64,000 nt of DNA from Candidatus Bathyarchaeota archaeon (GTDB lineage Archaea > Thermoproteota > Bathyarchaeia > Bathyarchaeales > DTEX01): contig JANXEA010000011.1 in NCBI GenBank assembly GCA_025059045.1, positions 11,438-75,437 of the forward strand, in the 5' to 3' direction. Both the position numbers and the translations under genes were made by a program. The notes beneath the pieces are model-generated. The model did not search any database and was not told the DNA's origin. It worked only from the letters and a program-made list of their open reading frames with translations. Of the stretch, positions 27,211 to 37,378 are shown one piece after another. Position 1 is the stretch's first letter; every line of letters starts with the position of its first letter.

Positions 27211-28428
27211 TTACTTTATTCGATGATCCTCAATGTACTCTTTGATCCTTTTCAGACCTTCTTTGATATTCTCTTCAGAAGTGGCATATGAGAATCTTAT
27301 ATGTTCACCTTCTCCTTCATTCCGATGTCCAAAGTGAATGTCTGAAAGAACTGCAACTCCTGCCTCATAGAGGAGTCTCCTGCGGAGATCCTCTGAGTCT
27401 TTCGCTCCAACGATTTTACATGCTTCAGTAACGTTTGGCCATACGTAGAATGCGCCGCCAGGCTTCAGGCATTTTATACCATCTATTGAGTTAAGCCCTC
27501 CAACTATAAGGTCCCGTCTCTTCTTGAAACTCATCATCATCTTTCTAGAGTCATCTTGAGGCCCAGTCAATGCTGCTAAAGCAGCATACTGATTGGGATG
27601 AGCTGCACATGAATCTGTATTTGTGACCCAACGTGCAAGATGGTCTGCAAGTTTCGGATTAGACGCAAAACCTATCCTCCATCCGGTCATGGCATAAGTC
27701 TTCGAAGCCCCGTCCACTATTACCGTCCTTTCCATCATCTCCGGAATTGAGGCGATACTGTAAAATTCGCCGTCGTAAACCATTCTGGAATAGACTTCAT
27801 CAGAGAAGACCCATAACTTGTCATGATTCAGAACTATCTCAGCAATCTTTTCTAGCGTTTTTTTGTCTAGCACGCTGCCAGTTGGATTGTGAGGAGAATT
27901 CAGGATTAAGAGCCTACTGTTCTCATTTATATGGCTCTCTAGATAATCGAGGTCAAAAGCGTAGCCTTTTCTCTCTAATAATGGAAGAGGAACAGGAATA
28001 GCTCCATGAGCACGAATCTGCGACTCGTATATTGGAAAACCAGGATTTGGATAGAGTACTTCATGTCCCTTACCATAATCTGTGACGGATAGAATAACGT
28101 ACCCTATAAAAGGTTTGGCGCCATTTGCTATAACCACCCACTCAGGCTTTACATCAATGTTCCTCGTTTCTGAGAAAAATTCTGCCACAGCTTCTCTCAA
28201 CTCCGGTATCCCTGCCGACGGAGTATAACCAGTTTTCCCCTCTCTTATAGCCTTAATAGCTCCTTCTTTGATGTATTCGGGCGTGTCAAAGTCCGGTTGT
28301 CCGATGCAGAAGTTAACAATGTCATATCCCTTACTAAGTAGGTCATTCACCTCTTTCAAAACTACAAATGCATTCTCTGTGCCGAGGTTACGTGTTCTCT
28401 CCGAAATCTCGAGCATAAGCGTCTTCAC
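27211..28428 (-). CDS. Class I/II PLP-dependent aminotransferase (aspartate aminotransferase family)
   Basis: 405 aa. SPHNPTG motif and PLP-lysine motif SKTYAMTGWRIG. Confidence 0.9.
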   Translation of the reverse strand: MKTLMLEISERTRNLGTENAFVVLKEVNDLLSKGYDIVNFCIGQPDFDTPEYIKEGAIKAIREGKTGYTPSAGIPELREAVAEFFSETRNIDVKPEWVVIANGAKPFIGYVILSVTDYGKGHEVLYPNPGFPIYESQIRAHGAIPVPLPLLERKGYAFDLDYLESHINENSRLLILNSPHNPTGSVLDKKTLEKIAEIVLNHDKLWVFSDEVYSRMVYDGEFYSIASIPEMMERTVIVDGASKTYAMTGWRIGFASNPKLADHLARWVTNTDSCAAHPNQYAALAALTGPQDDSRKMMMSFKKRRDLIVGGLNSIDGIKCLKPGGAFYVWPNVTEACKIVGAKDSEDLRRRLLYEAGVAVLSDIHFGHRNEGEGEHIRFSYATSEENIKEGLKRIKEYIEDHRIK

Positions 28429-28648
28429 CTACTCCACAGAATGGTAAGACCTATCTTTGTTTTTTGACCACATCTAATCTAAAAACGTAACTCAAAAATC
28501 TTTCGATTAACGTAAGATTAAGCCTATCGTTATCTTAAATGTGAGAAACTATTTTCGGTTCCAAATAAGCAAAGATCGAGTAGAAATTCATTAAAGTGAC
28601 AGGGGATCCTTTAAATGCTATCATCTGAACAAATGTGGGTGAGGGAAT

Positions 28649-29638
28649 ATGAAAAGAAAACCTAAAGCACTTGCACTCTTATCGGGCGGGCTGGATAGTC
28701 TTTTGGCAGCAAAGCTGATAATGATCGAGTCTGTGAAAGTTGAAGGCGTCCACTTCATAAATCCATTTTCAGCCGATCCCGATTCATTTTTAGATGAATT
28801 TTCTGATGAGACTGGAATAAGGATCCATAAGATACCGTTGGGGAGGGATTTTCTAAATTTGATCATTAATCCACGGCATGGATACGGCAGTCATATGAAC
28901 CCATGCATCGATTGCAGAATTTTCGCACTTAAGAAGGCTAAGAAATTAATGGAGAAGATTGGTGCGGATTTCATCGTCACCGGGGAGGTTCTGGACGAGA
29001 GACCATTCTCTCAGAGAATGGAAGCACTTCTAATGATAGAGAAAGAGGCTGGATTAGAGGGAAAAATTTTGAGACCTCTCTCAGCAAAGCTTCTTCCCAT
29101 AACAGAGCCAGAAAAGATTGGCTTTGTAAATCGCGAAAGGCTACTGGCTATTAGGGGGAGGAGAAGAGTTGTCCAGATTGAATTGGCAAGAAGGCTTGGA
29201 ATCAAGAGATACGCCAGCCCTTCAGGCGGCTGTCTACTCACAGATCCGAGATTTTCTGAAAGGTTAAGGGACTACTTGAAATACCGAAGAAGATTGCGTC
29301 TAATTGATGTTGAGCTTCTGAAGATTGGACGGCACCTTAGGTTGGGAAAAACAAAGATTATTGTAGGAAGAAACAGAGAGGAAAACCATAGGCTTCTATC
29401 AATCGCAAAGAACGAAGGCCTTCTACACATGGAGGTAATAGGCTATCCTGGTCCTATAACGGTAGTAGTTGGAAGATGCAACAAAATGATTATCCAGAAG
29501 GCCATCGGAATAACTATTCGTTATTCTGACGCTCCTTCCCATGAGCAAGTGGACGTAAAGATCACTAAGAAGGATAAAGTAGAAATAATGAGGGGACAAG
29601 CCTTGGATGATCAAGAGATCAGAAAATATATCATATGA
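28649..29638 (+). CDS. PP-loop ATP pyrophosphatase, ThiI/MnmA-like tRNA thiolation family without THUMP domain
   Basis: N-terminal PP-loop ALALLSGGLDS. NPCIDCRIF...GADFIVTGEVLDERPFSQ resembles the sulfurtransferase core. The exact subfamily is not resolved by eye. Confidence 0.55.
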   Translation: MKRKPKALALLSGGLDSLLAAKLIMIESVKVEGVHFINPFSADPDSFLDEFSDETGIRIHKIPLGRDFLNLIINPRHGYGSHMNPCIDCRIFALKKAKKLMEKIGADFIVTGEVLDERPFSQRMEALLMIEKEAGLEGKILRPLSAKLLPITEPEKIGFVNRERLLAIRGRRRVVQIELARRLGIKRYASPSGGCLLTDPRFSERLRDYLKYRRRLRLIDVELLKIGRHLRLGKTKIIVGRNREENHRLLSIAKNEGLLHMEVIGYPGPITVVVGRCNKMIIQKAIGITIRYSDAPSHEQVDVKITKKDKVEIMRGQALDDQEIRKYII

Positions 29639-29753
29639 CTGAAAACATCTCATTCTATGCAAGACGAAATTAACCTTTTTTCAGTAAGGATTATTAATCC
29701 GAAGAGATGTAACAAGTAGTCAACTCCTCATCCAACTTTAAAGGAGACTAGTT

Positions 29754-31118
29754 ATGAAGAGAGTTGGGATTGACGATATCGCGGCTTATGTTCCTAAAAT
29801 TTACCTTGACACAGAGGAGATGGCAAAAGCTCGAGGCATAGATCCAAACAAGATAACGAAGGGTTTGGGAATAGAAAAACTGGCAATTCCTGATGCTCAT
29901 GAGGATGCTGCTACCATGGCGGCAATGGCTACGCTAGATCTTATGGTAAAGAATGATCTCAAACCAAGGGATATAGACTTTATCCATGTGGCGACCGAGT
30001 CCGGACCTGATGCTGCCAAACCCATTTCATGCTACGTTCAAGGGATGCTTGAACAAATCTATGGAAAAGGAAGCTTTGATCATATTGGCGCGCCTGAAAC
30101 AAAATTCGCATGCGTCGGAGCAACCTACGCGATTATTGATCGTCTCGCATATATTGCGTCTGGATGGAACAGAGCAAAATATTCCATCGTAGTCGCTACA
30201 GATATCGCAAAATATGAGTTGAACTCCTCAGGGGAGCCGACGCAGGGAGCGGCTGCAGTGGCATTACTCCTTAAAGATGATCCTCGTCTGCTTGTATATG
30301 AACCGAAATTCACGGGGTTTGGGACAGTTGATGACAAAGACTTCTTTAGGCCAGTCGAAAGAACTACAGCAGTGGTTAATGGTCAGTATTCCATTGGTTG
30401 CTATCTGAGGGATATGAGAATAGCGGCTGACGCATATAAAAGGAATATGGTAAGGTATGGAGTCCTTAGGTCCATGAATGACCCAGTAATCGAGAAAATC
30501 GATCTTATATCATTTCATTCGCCTTTTCCAAAAATGGTTCAATATGCTTTCGCGACTTTCTTAATACATGATTTACGCAACGCCCCTGTATGGAGGGATA
30601 TAATTAGCAGAATAGGTTCAGAGCCCAGCCGAGAAGGCATGACCGATGTGGAATATTATATATCAGACGCGCATAAGGAGTTTAGAAAGCGGTTCTCAGC
30701 TACAGAAGAATTCACAAAAGCATATGAAGAGAAGGTTGCGAATTCCTTGGTTGCGCTAAGCCAAATAGGAAACTCTTACACCGCATCGGTTTGGCTTGGC
30801 GTTGCAAGTCACTTCGAATTGAGTAAAAGCGATCTTGAGGGTAAAAGACTTGGTATAGGTTCGTATGGAAGTGGAAGCAGCGCCATTGTTTGCAGCTTCA
30901 TCGTCCAATCAGAGTACAAAGATGTGACGAAAAAAATTGGACTTATGGAACAATTAGACAAAAGACAAAAGATAACAATGGAAGTGTATGAAGACCTTCA
31001 TGAGGGAAGGCTAGGATATGGTGATAGTGTTATCCCTCCTAGAGAAGAGTTTGCATTAGTTGATCTTGGACGAAGCGAGACTGACTACGGCTATAGGTAC
31101 TATAAGTTTATCAAATAG
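29754..31118 (+). CDS. Hydroxymethylglutaryl-CoA synthase, long (454 aa) form
   Basis: Catalytic Glu in VATESGPD, Cys in KFACVGATYA and His in SFHSPFPKM. GNSYTASVW and SYGSGSS motifs are also present. The N-terminus GIDDIAAYVPKIYLDTEEMAKARGIDPNKITKGLG is typical of HMGCS. Confidence 0.85.
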   Translation: MKRVGIDDIAAYVPKIYLDTEEMAKARGIDPNKITKGLGIEKLAIPDAHEDAATMAAMATLDLMVKNDLKPRDIDFIHVATESGPDAAKPISCYVQGMLEQIYGKGSFDHIGAPETKFACVGATYAIIDRLAYIASGWNRAKYSIVVATDIAKYELNSSGEPTQGAAAVALLLKDDPRLLVYEPKFTGFGTVDDKDFFRPVERTTAVVNGQYSIGCYLRDMRIAADAYKRNMVRYGVLRSMNDPVIEKIDLISFHSPFPKMVQYAFATFLIHDLRNAPVWRDIISRIGSEPSREGMTDVEYYISDAHKEFRKRFSATEEFTKAYEEKVANSLVALSQIGNSYTASVWLGVASHFELSKSDLEGKRLGIGSYGSGSSAIVCSFIVQSEYKDVTKKIGLMEQLDKRQKITMEVYEDLHEGRLGYGDSVIPPREEFALVDLGRSETDYGYRYYKFIK

Positions 31119-31199
31119 GCAGACCATATTCTCTCTATTATCATGGCCGAAAGAAACCGTCTCGTTATAATTATCCATTAGGTAGGTAATAGTGTTTAA

Positions 31200-31754
31200 G
31201 TGGTACAGATGCTTCGTGAAGATGCAATCGAGCTGATTAATTCGAAAGTCAAGAACCGGAACGTCCTTCGCCACATGCTTGCAGTTGGAGCCATTATGAA
31301 GAATCTGGCAAAATATCTTAACGAAGATGAATATAAATGGGAGTTGACAGGCCTGTTACATGATATAGATTACGAAGAAACATGTGACAATTTCATCATG
31401 CATGGAATTGTTGCATGCGAAATGCTGAAGGGCAAGGTCAAAGATGAGATTCTAAGAGCTATAAGAGCGCATAATGAAGCTACTGGCACCATGCCAGAGA
31501 GCCTGATGGAAAAGGGCTTGATCGCCGCAGACGCTGTATCCGGGCTACTAATAGCATGCGCGCTCGTAATGCCATCCAAAAATATTCAAGACGTAGATAT
31601 CAAAACTGTCAAAAAGAAATTCAAGGATAAGGATTTCGCCAGGGGAGCAGACCGTAAAAGAATATCTAAATGTGAGGAACTAGGAATACCGCTAGAGAAG
31701 TTTCTTGAAATATCACTTGAAGGATTAAAATCTGCTGAAATGACAAGTCTTTAA
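31200..31754 (+). CDS. HD-domain metal-dependent phosphohydrolase
   Basis: GTG start. H...HD signature (RHMLAVG ... LLHDIDYE) and a later RAHNE. Confidence 0.75.
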   Translation: MVQMLREDAIELINSKVKNRNVLRHMLAVGAIMKNLAKYLNEDEYKWELTGLLHDIDYEETCDNFIMHGIVACEMLKGKVKDEILRAIRAHNEATGTMPESLMEKGLIAADAVSGLLIACALVMPSKNIQDVDIKTVKKKFKDKDFARGADRKRISKCEELGIPLEKFLEISLEGLKSAEMTSL

Positions 31755-31898
31755 AGAAAATACTTAAAGAATTTCAATTTCTCAATATGGTTTAATACCT
31801 ATGAATGCTTTGTCGAAATCACCCTCATTGACTCATTTTTGAGTAACAACTCTTAAATAGTAAGAATTTAGTCTTTACAACCATAAAGGGCGAAAAGC

Positions 31899-32519
31899 AT
31901 GAAGACGAAAACTATAGCCTTTGTCGGTTTAATGGGTGCGCTTGCAAATATTCTATTCATCATATCCTACCATGTTGGACCAATCGTTCCAGGCGTTTCA
32001 CTTGACCTCTCACACATATCCATATTTGTTGCAAGTATATATGGCGGTCCACTCACGGGTTTATTAACTGGAGTAATAGGAGGAATATTGCCAGGAGTAT
32101 ATTATGGCCCTCTTGGGTCAGGCGGCTGGCTAGGTCTAATCGGATTACCCGTTGGGAAGGCATTATCAGGTTTGACAGCAGGAATATTAAGCAGATCTTT
32201 ATGGAAACAAAAAAGCGGAAAATCTTTGGTCATTATTCCAATGGTTTTAGCCTCATATGTTCCAGAATGCATCTTTACAATCGTCTATTTTGTTTCGCTA
32301 CTACCTTTCTTCATCGGAAGGGGCGGGACCGGGTTGCTTGCATTTGTCCTCCCAAAAGCATGGGCAGAAATAATTTTCATAAGTGTCTTTATGGCCGCAC
32401 TTGCCGGTAACACCGGATTCAATAGTTTCGTAAATTCATTCTTCCTTGACCAAAAATCTGAATCCGGCAAAGAAGTGGAGCGGACAATGCTTAGAAAAAA
32501 ACTTCCCGTATCCAGCTAA
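31899..32519 (+). CDS. Polytopic membrane protein, possibly an ECF-type S (substrate-binding) component
   Basis: 206 aa, about 6 hydrophobic helices, Gly-rich loops. Its size and N-terminus (MKTKTIAFVGLMGALANIL) resemble ThiW/S-component proteins. This is a weak by-eye call. Confidence 0.35.
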   Translation: MKTKTIAFVGLMGALANILFIISYHVGPIVPGVSLDLSHISIFVASIYGGPLTGLLTGVIGGILPGVYYGPLGSGGWLGLIGLPVGKALSGLTAGILSRSLWKQKSGKSLVIIPMVLASYVPECIFTIVYFVSLLPFFIGRGGTGLLAFVLPKAWAEIIFISVFMAALAGNTGFNSFVNSFFLDQKSESGKEVERTMLRKKLPVSS

Positions 32520-32533
32520 GCGAGAGATAGACA

Positions 32534-33169
32534 TTGACCCAAGAGTTTCTTGAACTCATTAAAACTCGAAGGAGTGTAAGGAGATATACAGAGAAAGATG
32601 TGGATTTGAAGTTTTTAAGTAAAGTATTTGAGGCTGCCAGATGGGCTCCTTCAGCTCATAATTCGCAACCTTGGCGTTTCATCATTATAAACGATAGTAT
32701 GATTAAGAGAAGACTGGCAGAGAGTATGGCGATGGAATGGGATAAAGCATTAATGAGGGATGGAGTACCCTATGAGATTCGCAGATCTCTCATCAAGGAT
32801 TCCATAGCACGTTTCACTGCCGCCCCAGTATTAATCATTGCTTGCATAACGATGAGCGGCATGGATCATTATCCAGATGAAGAAAGGAAAAGATGCGAGC
32901 ACATTATGGCAACGCAGAGCTTAGGCGCCGCAATCCAGAATATTCTTCTATTAGCGCATTCCGAGGGTCTGGGATCTTGCTGGTACTGTGCCCCCTTGTT
33001 CTCTCAAGATACTGTTAGAAAAGTTTTAGGGATACCTCCAGACGTTGAACCTCAAGCCGTAATCACTATTGGGTATCCGGCTGAATGGCCAACCCCGCCA
33101 ACTCGAAAGAAATTGGAAGAATTCGTCTTTATCAACTCATGGGGGAGAGGAATGTGCTCACGGCTTTAG
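32534..33169 (+). CDS. Nitroreductase-family flavoprotein (FbiB C-terminal-domain-like)
   Basis: TTG start. Motifs RRSVRRY, APSAHNSQPWRF and GLGSCW. Its 3' end overlaps the cofD start. Confidence 0.75.
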   Translation: MTQEFLELIKTRRSVRRYTEKDVDLKFLSKVFEAARWAPSAHNSQPWRFIIINDSMIKRRLAESMAMEWDKALMRDGVPYEIRRSLIKDSIARFTAAPVLIIACITMSGMDHYPDEERKRCEHIMATQSLGAAIQNILLLAHSEGLGSCWYCAPLFSQDTVRKVLGIPPDVEPQAVITIGYPAEWPTPPTRKKLEEFVFINSWGRGMCSRL

Positions 33170-34092
33170 CTGGTGGTGTTGGAGCAGCAAAATTCCTAAG
33201 GGGATTAGTAGAAGTCGTTCCGAATGAGGATATCACGATCATTGTTAACACCGGCGATGACATAGAATTTCATGGTCTACACATATCACCGGACATCGAT
33301 ATAATAACTTACACTTTAGCTGGTTTGGTTGATGAGTGTAAGGGGTGGGGAATAAATGGCGACACATTCCATTGCTTAGAAATGCTCAAGACATATGGGC
33401 ATGAGGGGTGGTTTAAGCTTGGCGATCGAGACCTTGCAACACATATACATCGGACGGATATGCTGCGAAGGGGATTCAAACTCTCTGAAGTAACCGCAGA
33501 CATAAGTAAGAGACTTGGAATAAGAGTTAAGATAATTCCAATGACAGATGACAGATTTGAAACATGGGTGCTTACCGACGCTGGACTGATGCATTTTCAA
33601 GAATTCTTAGTTAAGAGAGGATCCGCCGATAGAGTTCTGGATGTGAAGTTTTTTGGTGAAGAAACCGCTCAGCCAGCGCCAGGAGTTATTGAGGCGATCG
33701 AAGAGAGTGAAATTATAATTGTTTGCCCAAGCAACCCAATCGTTAGCATTGGAACGATACTATCGTTAAAGGGTGTAAGAGGCGCATTGAAAAAGAGTGA
33801 AGGATGCAAGGTTGCCATCAGCCCAATAGTTGGCGGAAGGCCAATTAAAGGTCCCGCCGATAAGCTGATGTCCGGTATAGGGCTGGAGGTTTCGGCATAC
33901 TCCGTCGCTAAACTCTATGCCGACTTCCTAAATATCTTCGTATTGGATAAGGTTGACGAGAAAGAAAGAACTAGAATTGAAGATCTTGGGGTTAGTGTCG
34001 TCGTTACTAACACAATCATGAGGACCCATGAAGATAGAGTGCTGCTTGCCGGGACAGTTCTTAATGAAGCGAAAAAATTTTCGAAAAAGTGA
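33139..34092 (+). CDS. cofD: 2-phospho-L-lactate (or EPPG) transferase CofD/FbiA, F420 biosynthesis
   Basis: VLTALAGGVGAAKFLRGLVEVVPNEDITIIVNTGDDIEFHGLHISPDIDIITYTLAG matches the CofD N-terminus as remembered (LSGGTG..K...G......I.VNTG.D......SPD.D...YTL). The start is trimmed from track position 33085 to in-frame ATG 33139; GTG 33154 is also possible. Confidence 0.85.
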   Translation: MGERNVLTALAGGVGAAKFLRGLVEVVPNEDITIIVNTGDDIEFHGLHISPDIDIITYTLAGLVDECKGWGINGDTFHCLEMLKTYGHEGWFKLGDRDLATHIHRTDMLRRGFKLSEVTADISKRLGIRVKIIPMTDDRFETWVLTDAGLMHFQEFLVKRGSADRVLDVKFFGEETAQPAPGVIEAIEESEIIIVCPSNPIVSIGTILSLKGVRGALKKSEGCKVAISPIVGGRPIKGPADKLMSGIGLEVSAYSVAKLYADFLNIFVLDKVDEKERTRIEDLGVSVVVTNTIMRTHEDRVLLAGTVLNEAKKFSKK

Positions 34093-34243
34093 TATATGGG
34101 GACTATTCTTGGCTCTGGCTATTCGCATCTGGGAAGTCTATGTCTATATTTTGAGCGTAAATTCGTATGAATGTACGTTCCTGCAAGAGATTCTGATGAA
34201 TACATTTTAAGATCAACAAGGTCCCAATATATGATTAGCGAGG

Positions 34244-35767
34244 TTGAGGTTGATGGGTGAAGAAGGAGAAGAAAAGTACGTTTTAGTGTTTGATTGCGGA
34301 TCCACCAATCTGAAGGTTGTAGCCGTAAACGAAAATGGTTGTATCGTCACTTACAGAAGTCTGCCTAATGAGTCTGTGCCGCAGAGCGGCAGCAACCCGG
34401 ATTGGCTCATATGGGATCTCGATGCCATCTGGCGAAAATTATGCTTATGTGCTAGGGAAGTTTGTAAAGAATTGGGCGGCAAGAATATTGGAGGGGTAAT
34501 TGTAGCGACGTGGGGTGCGGACGGAGCTCCTGTTAATCGTGATGGATCACTGACTTATCCGCCGATATCTTGGCAATGCAATCGAACTAACTATCTGGTT
34601 CGAAAACTTGAAGAGAGAATTTCACCATGGGAGGTTTTTCAGATAACAGGTTACCAGCCCATCTCATTTAACACCCTATATAAAATGATTTGGCTAAGGG
34701 AAAATGCCCCGGAGGCTTTGGACGAAGCTTACTGTTGGCTGATGATGCCTGGTCTAATAACGTCAAGGCTAACAGGAGGGTTTCATATAGACCCTACAAG
34801 CGCATCCACTACGATGGCTATGAATCTACAGGTAAGAGACTGGTCAGATCTGATGCTGGATCTTGCAGGATTGGACAGGAGCTTTTTTCCAGAATGGTGT
34901 GAGCCTGGAGAAATAGTCGGCTACGTAACAGATAAAGCTGAGAGAGACTGCTCAATCCCTTCAGGCGTGCCGGTATTGGCTGGCGGTCATGATACTCAAT
35001 TTGCGATATTCGGCTCCGGTGCACGTGAAAAGGAGGCTATACTTTCAAGTGGAACATGGGAGATTCTGGGTATCCGCATGGACCGTTATCATCCTACAAG
35101 GGAGGCTTTTGAGGAGGGGCTGGTGATCGAGGCTGACGCGCAGGATGGCTTCTGGAATCCTCAGCTACTTATGATGGGATCTGGTGTACTGGAATGGGCA
35201 ATTGACAAGATTTTCCAGAATCGGAGCGAACAAAAGTATGAAGCAATCATAGCTGAGGCGTCGAGTTCTCTTCCTGGATCTGAGGGCATCCTCTTCTTAC
35301 CAAGCTTTGTCAAGGAAAGTGGACCTACAAAGAAGTATGGAGTTATGGGTTCAATACTGGGATTAACGTTAAGGTCTTCCCGTAGTCAAATAATCCGCTC
35401 AATATTCGAGGGTTTATCGTATCAATTGAGATACGCGTTAGATATACTCCGTGCAACCATGGGCTTGGAAATTGTTGGAATCCGAGTTGTAGGAGGCGGG
35501 TCAAAGAATCCTCTGTGGAACCAGATTAGAGCAGACGTTACTGGTTTGCCGATAATCGTCCCAGAGGAGAAGGAATATACCGCTTTGGGCGCTGCAATGC
35601 TTGCTTTTCTTGGATTGGAGTGGCACAGTTCAACAGAGCAGTTGCGGGAGACAGTTTCTTCCAAGGAGAAGGTATTTGAACCAGGCGAGAACAGAGACAT
35701 TTACGAGAGATACTTCGAACGATATTTGGATGCGATTGAGACTCTGAGATATTTCTATCACCACTAG
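34244..35767 (+). CDS. FGGY-family carbohydrate kinase (substrate unresolved)
   Basis: 507 aa, TTG start. N-terminal actin-fold motif VFDCGSTNLK, plus GGHDTQFA and GGGSKNPLWNQIRADV. Confidence 0.85.
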   Translation: MRLMGEEGEEKYVLVFDCGSTNLKVVAVNENGCIVTYRSLPNESVPQSGSNPDWLIWDLDAIWRKLCLCAREVCKELGGKNIGGVIVATWGADGAPVNRDGSLTYPPISWQCNRTNYLVRKLEERISPWEVFQITGYQPISFNTLYKMIWLRENAPEALDEAYCWLMMPGLITSRLTGGFHIDPTSASTTMAMNLQVRDWSDLMLDLAGLDRSFFPEWCEPGEIVGYVTDKAERDCSIPSGVPVLAGGHDTQFAIFGSGAREKEAILSSGTWEILGIRMDRYHPTREAFEEGLVIEADAQDGFWNPQLLMMGSGVLEWAIDKIFQNRSEQKYEAIIAEASSSLPGSEGILFLPSFVKESGPTKKYGVMGSILGLTLRSSRSQIIRSIFEGLSYQLRYALDILRATMGLEIVGIRVVGGGSKNPLWNQIRADVTGLPIIVPEEKEYTALGAAMLAFLGLEWHSSTEQLRETVSSKEKVFEPGENRDIYERYFERYLDAIETLRYFYHH

Positions 35768-35889
35768 TCGCGGCTGGTTTAAGAAATACCCGTGCTGTTC
35801 ATTGGTATCTGTATGAACTGTATGCGATTCTCCAGAATATGCACACTTCGCCTTTTTCGGATCAGGTGACTTGGGAATATGCTTAGAAG

Positions 35890-37353
35890 TTAGATGTCCG
35901 GTCTCAGTCTATGGTAATGCGTGTTTTGTTGGTATAGAAACGCAATTTTAAAAATTGTATCTTCGTCGAATGGCTTTCCAATTATCTGCATGCCCACAGG
36001 GAGACCTTTCCTAAAGCCGCAGGGTATCGATGCTGCTGGGTTTCCAGTAAGGTTAGCCGGTACAGTCAAAATATCGCACATGTAAAGTGCTAATGGGTCA
36101 TCTATCTTTTCTCCAATATTGAATGGTAGGACGGGCATAGTTGGACCGACGAGCACATTACATCTCTTCAAGGCTTTCTCGAAGTCCTTCCTCAGTAGCG
36201 TGCGGATTCTAAGCGCCTTAAGATAGTATTGGTTGTAATAGCCAGCTGATAATGCATAGGTGCCGAGTATTATGCGCCTCCGGACTTCTTGTCCAAACCC
36301 TAACCTCCTGTTTTCTGAGAATACATTAGACCAGTCGCCTTCATCTATTTCTTTCCGATACCCATACCTCAATCCATCATATCTGGCGAGGTTTGAACTC
36401 GCCTCCGACATTGCTATAATATAATAGGATGCTAACGCATATTTCACGCTTGGAATCGAAACCTCTTCTACGGTAGCTCCAAGATCTTCTAGTGTTGAAA
36501 CAGCATCCATAACACATTCTTTCACGTCATCCTCTACTCCTTCTCCAAAAAACTCTTCGATTATACCGATCTTGTAGTTTCTCTCTTCATCTTCACTGGT
36601 TTTGAGATAATCTTTATTGGAAAAGTTTGCAGAGGTGCTGTCTAGTGGGTCATGTCCCGCTATCACTGATAGGATGAGAGCTGAGTCTTGGGCTTCTCTA
36701 GTAATAGGTCCGATCTGCTCTAGGCTGTTGGCATAAGAGATAAGTCCGCATCGGCTTACAAGTCCGTACGTGGGTTTAAGCCCAAAAGTGGAGCAGAAGC
36801 TTGAGGGACATCTTATCGATCCTCCGGTATCAGAGCCTAGGGCGACTGTAGCCTCCTCAGCTATGACTGCCGCGGCGCTACCCCCTGAGGAGCCTCCAGG
36901 CACTTTCTCTAAGTTCCATGGGTTTCGAGTTGCACCAAAATAGCTTGTTTCAGTAGTTGACCCCATTGCAAACTCATCCATGTTAGTCTTCCCTATGATG
37001 ATCGCGTCCTCGGCCTTCAGCTTCGTTATTACGGTCGCATCGTATGGAGGAATGTAGTTCGCCAACATTCGCGACGCGCAAGTTGTGCGTAGATTCTTTG
37101 TGCTTATGTTGTCCTTGACAGCGACTGCTAACCCGGCTAGGCGCCCTACTTTTTCGCCTCTTCTAACTTTTTGATCTACCTCTCTGGCCTTTCTTAATGA
37201 TTCTTCGGGCGTTAATGTTATGAATGCACGTATCCTGTCTTCTAAATTCCCAATTCTCTCTAATATTGACTCAATGTAGTCTTCAGCGGATAGTTCACAT
37301 AACCTTATTTTTTCTACAACCTCAATTGCTGACAATTCGTATGGTTTCGCCAT
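35890..37353 (-). CDS. gatA: Asp/Glu-tRNA amidotransferase subunit A
   Basis: Amidase signature (AVKDNI, GGSSGGSAAAV, GSDTGGSIR). Located immediately downstream of gatC. Confidence 0.9.
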   Translation of the reverse strand: MAKPYELSAIEVVEKIRLCELSAEDYIESILERIGNLEDRIRAFITLTPEESLRKAREVDQKVRRGEKVGRLAGLAVAVKDNISTKNLRTTCASRMLANYIPPYDATVITKLKAEDAIIIGKTNMDEFAMGSTTETSYFGATRNPWNLEKVPGGSSGGSAAAVIAEEATVALGSDTGGSIRCPSSFCSTFGLKPTYGLVSRCGLISYANSLEQIGPITREAQDSALILSVIAGHDPLDSTSANFSNKDYLKTSEDEERNYKIGIIEEFFGEGVEDDVKECVMDAVSTLEDLGATVEEVSIPSVKYALASYYIIAMSEASSNLARYDGLRYGYRKEIDEGDWSNVFSENRRLGFGQEVRRRIILGTYALSAGYYNQYYLKALRIRTLLRKDFEKALKRCNVLVGPTMPVLPFNIGEKIDDPLALYMCDILTVPANLTGNPAASIPCGFRKGLPVGMQIIGKPFDEDTIFKIAFLYQQNTHYHRLRPDI

Positions 37354-37378
37354 CTTTGAACCTCTAATCCGATATCAA

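Noticed and set aside
33085-33138. Long N-terminal extension of CofD from the track start at 33085
   Set aside because: It would overlap the nitroreductase gene by 85 nt, and the extension (MANPANSKEIGRIRLYQL) precedes the conserved CofD N-terminus. The in-frame ATG 33139 fits the family start.
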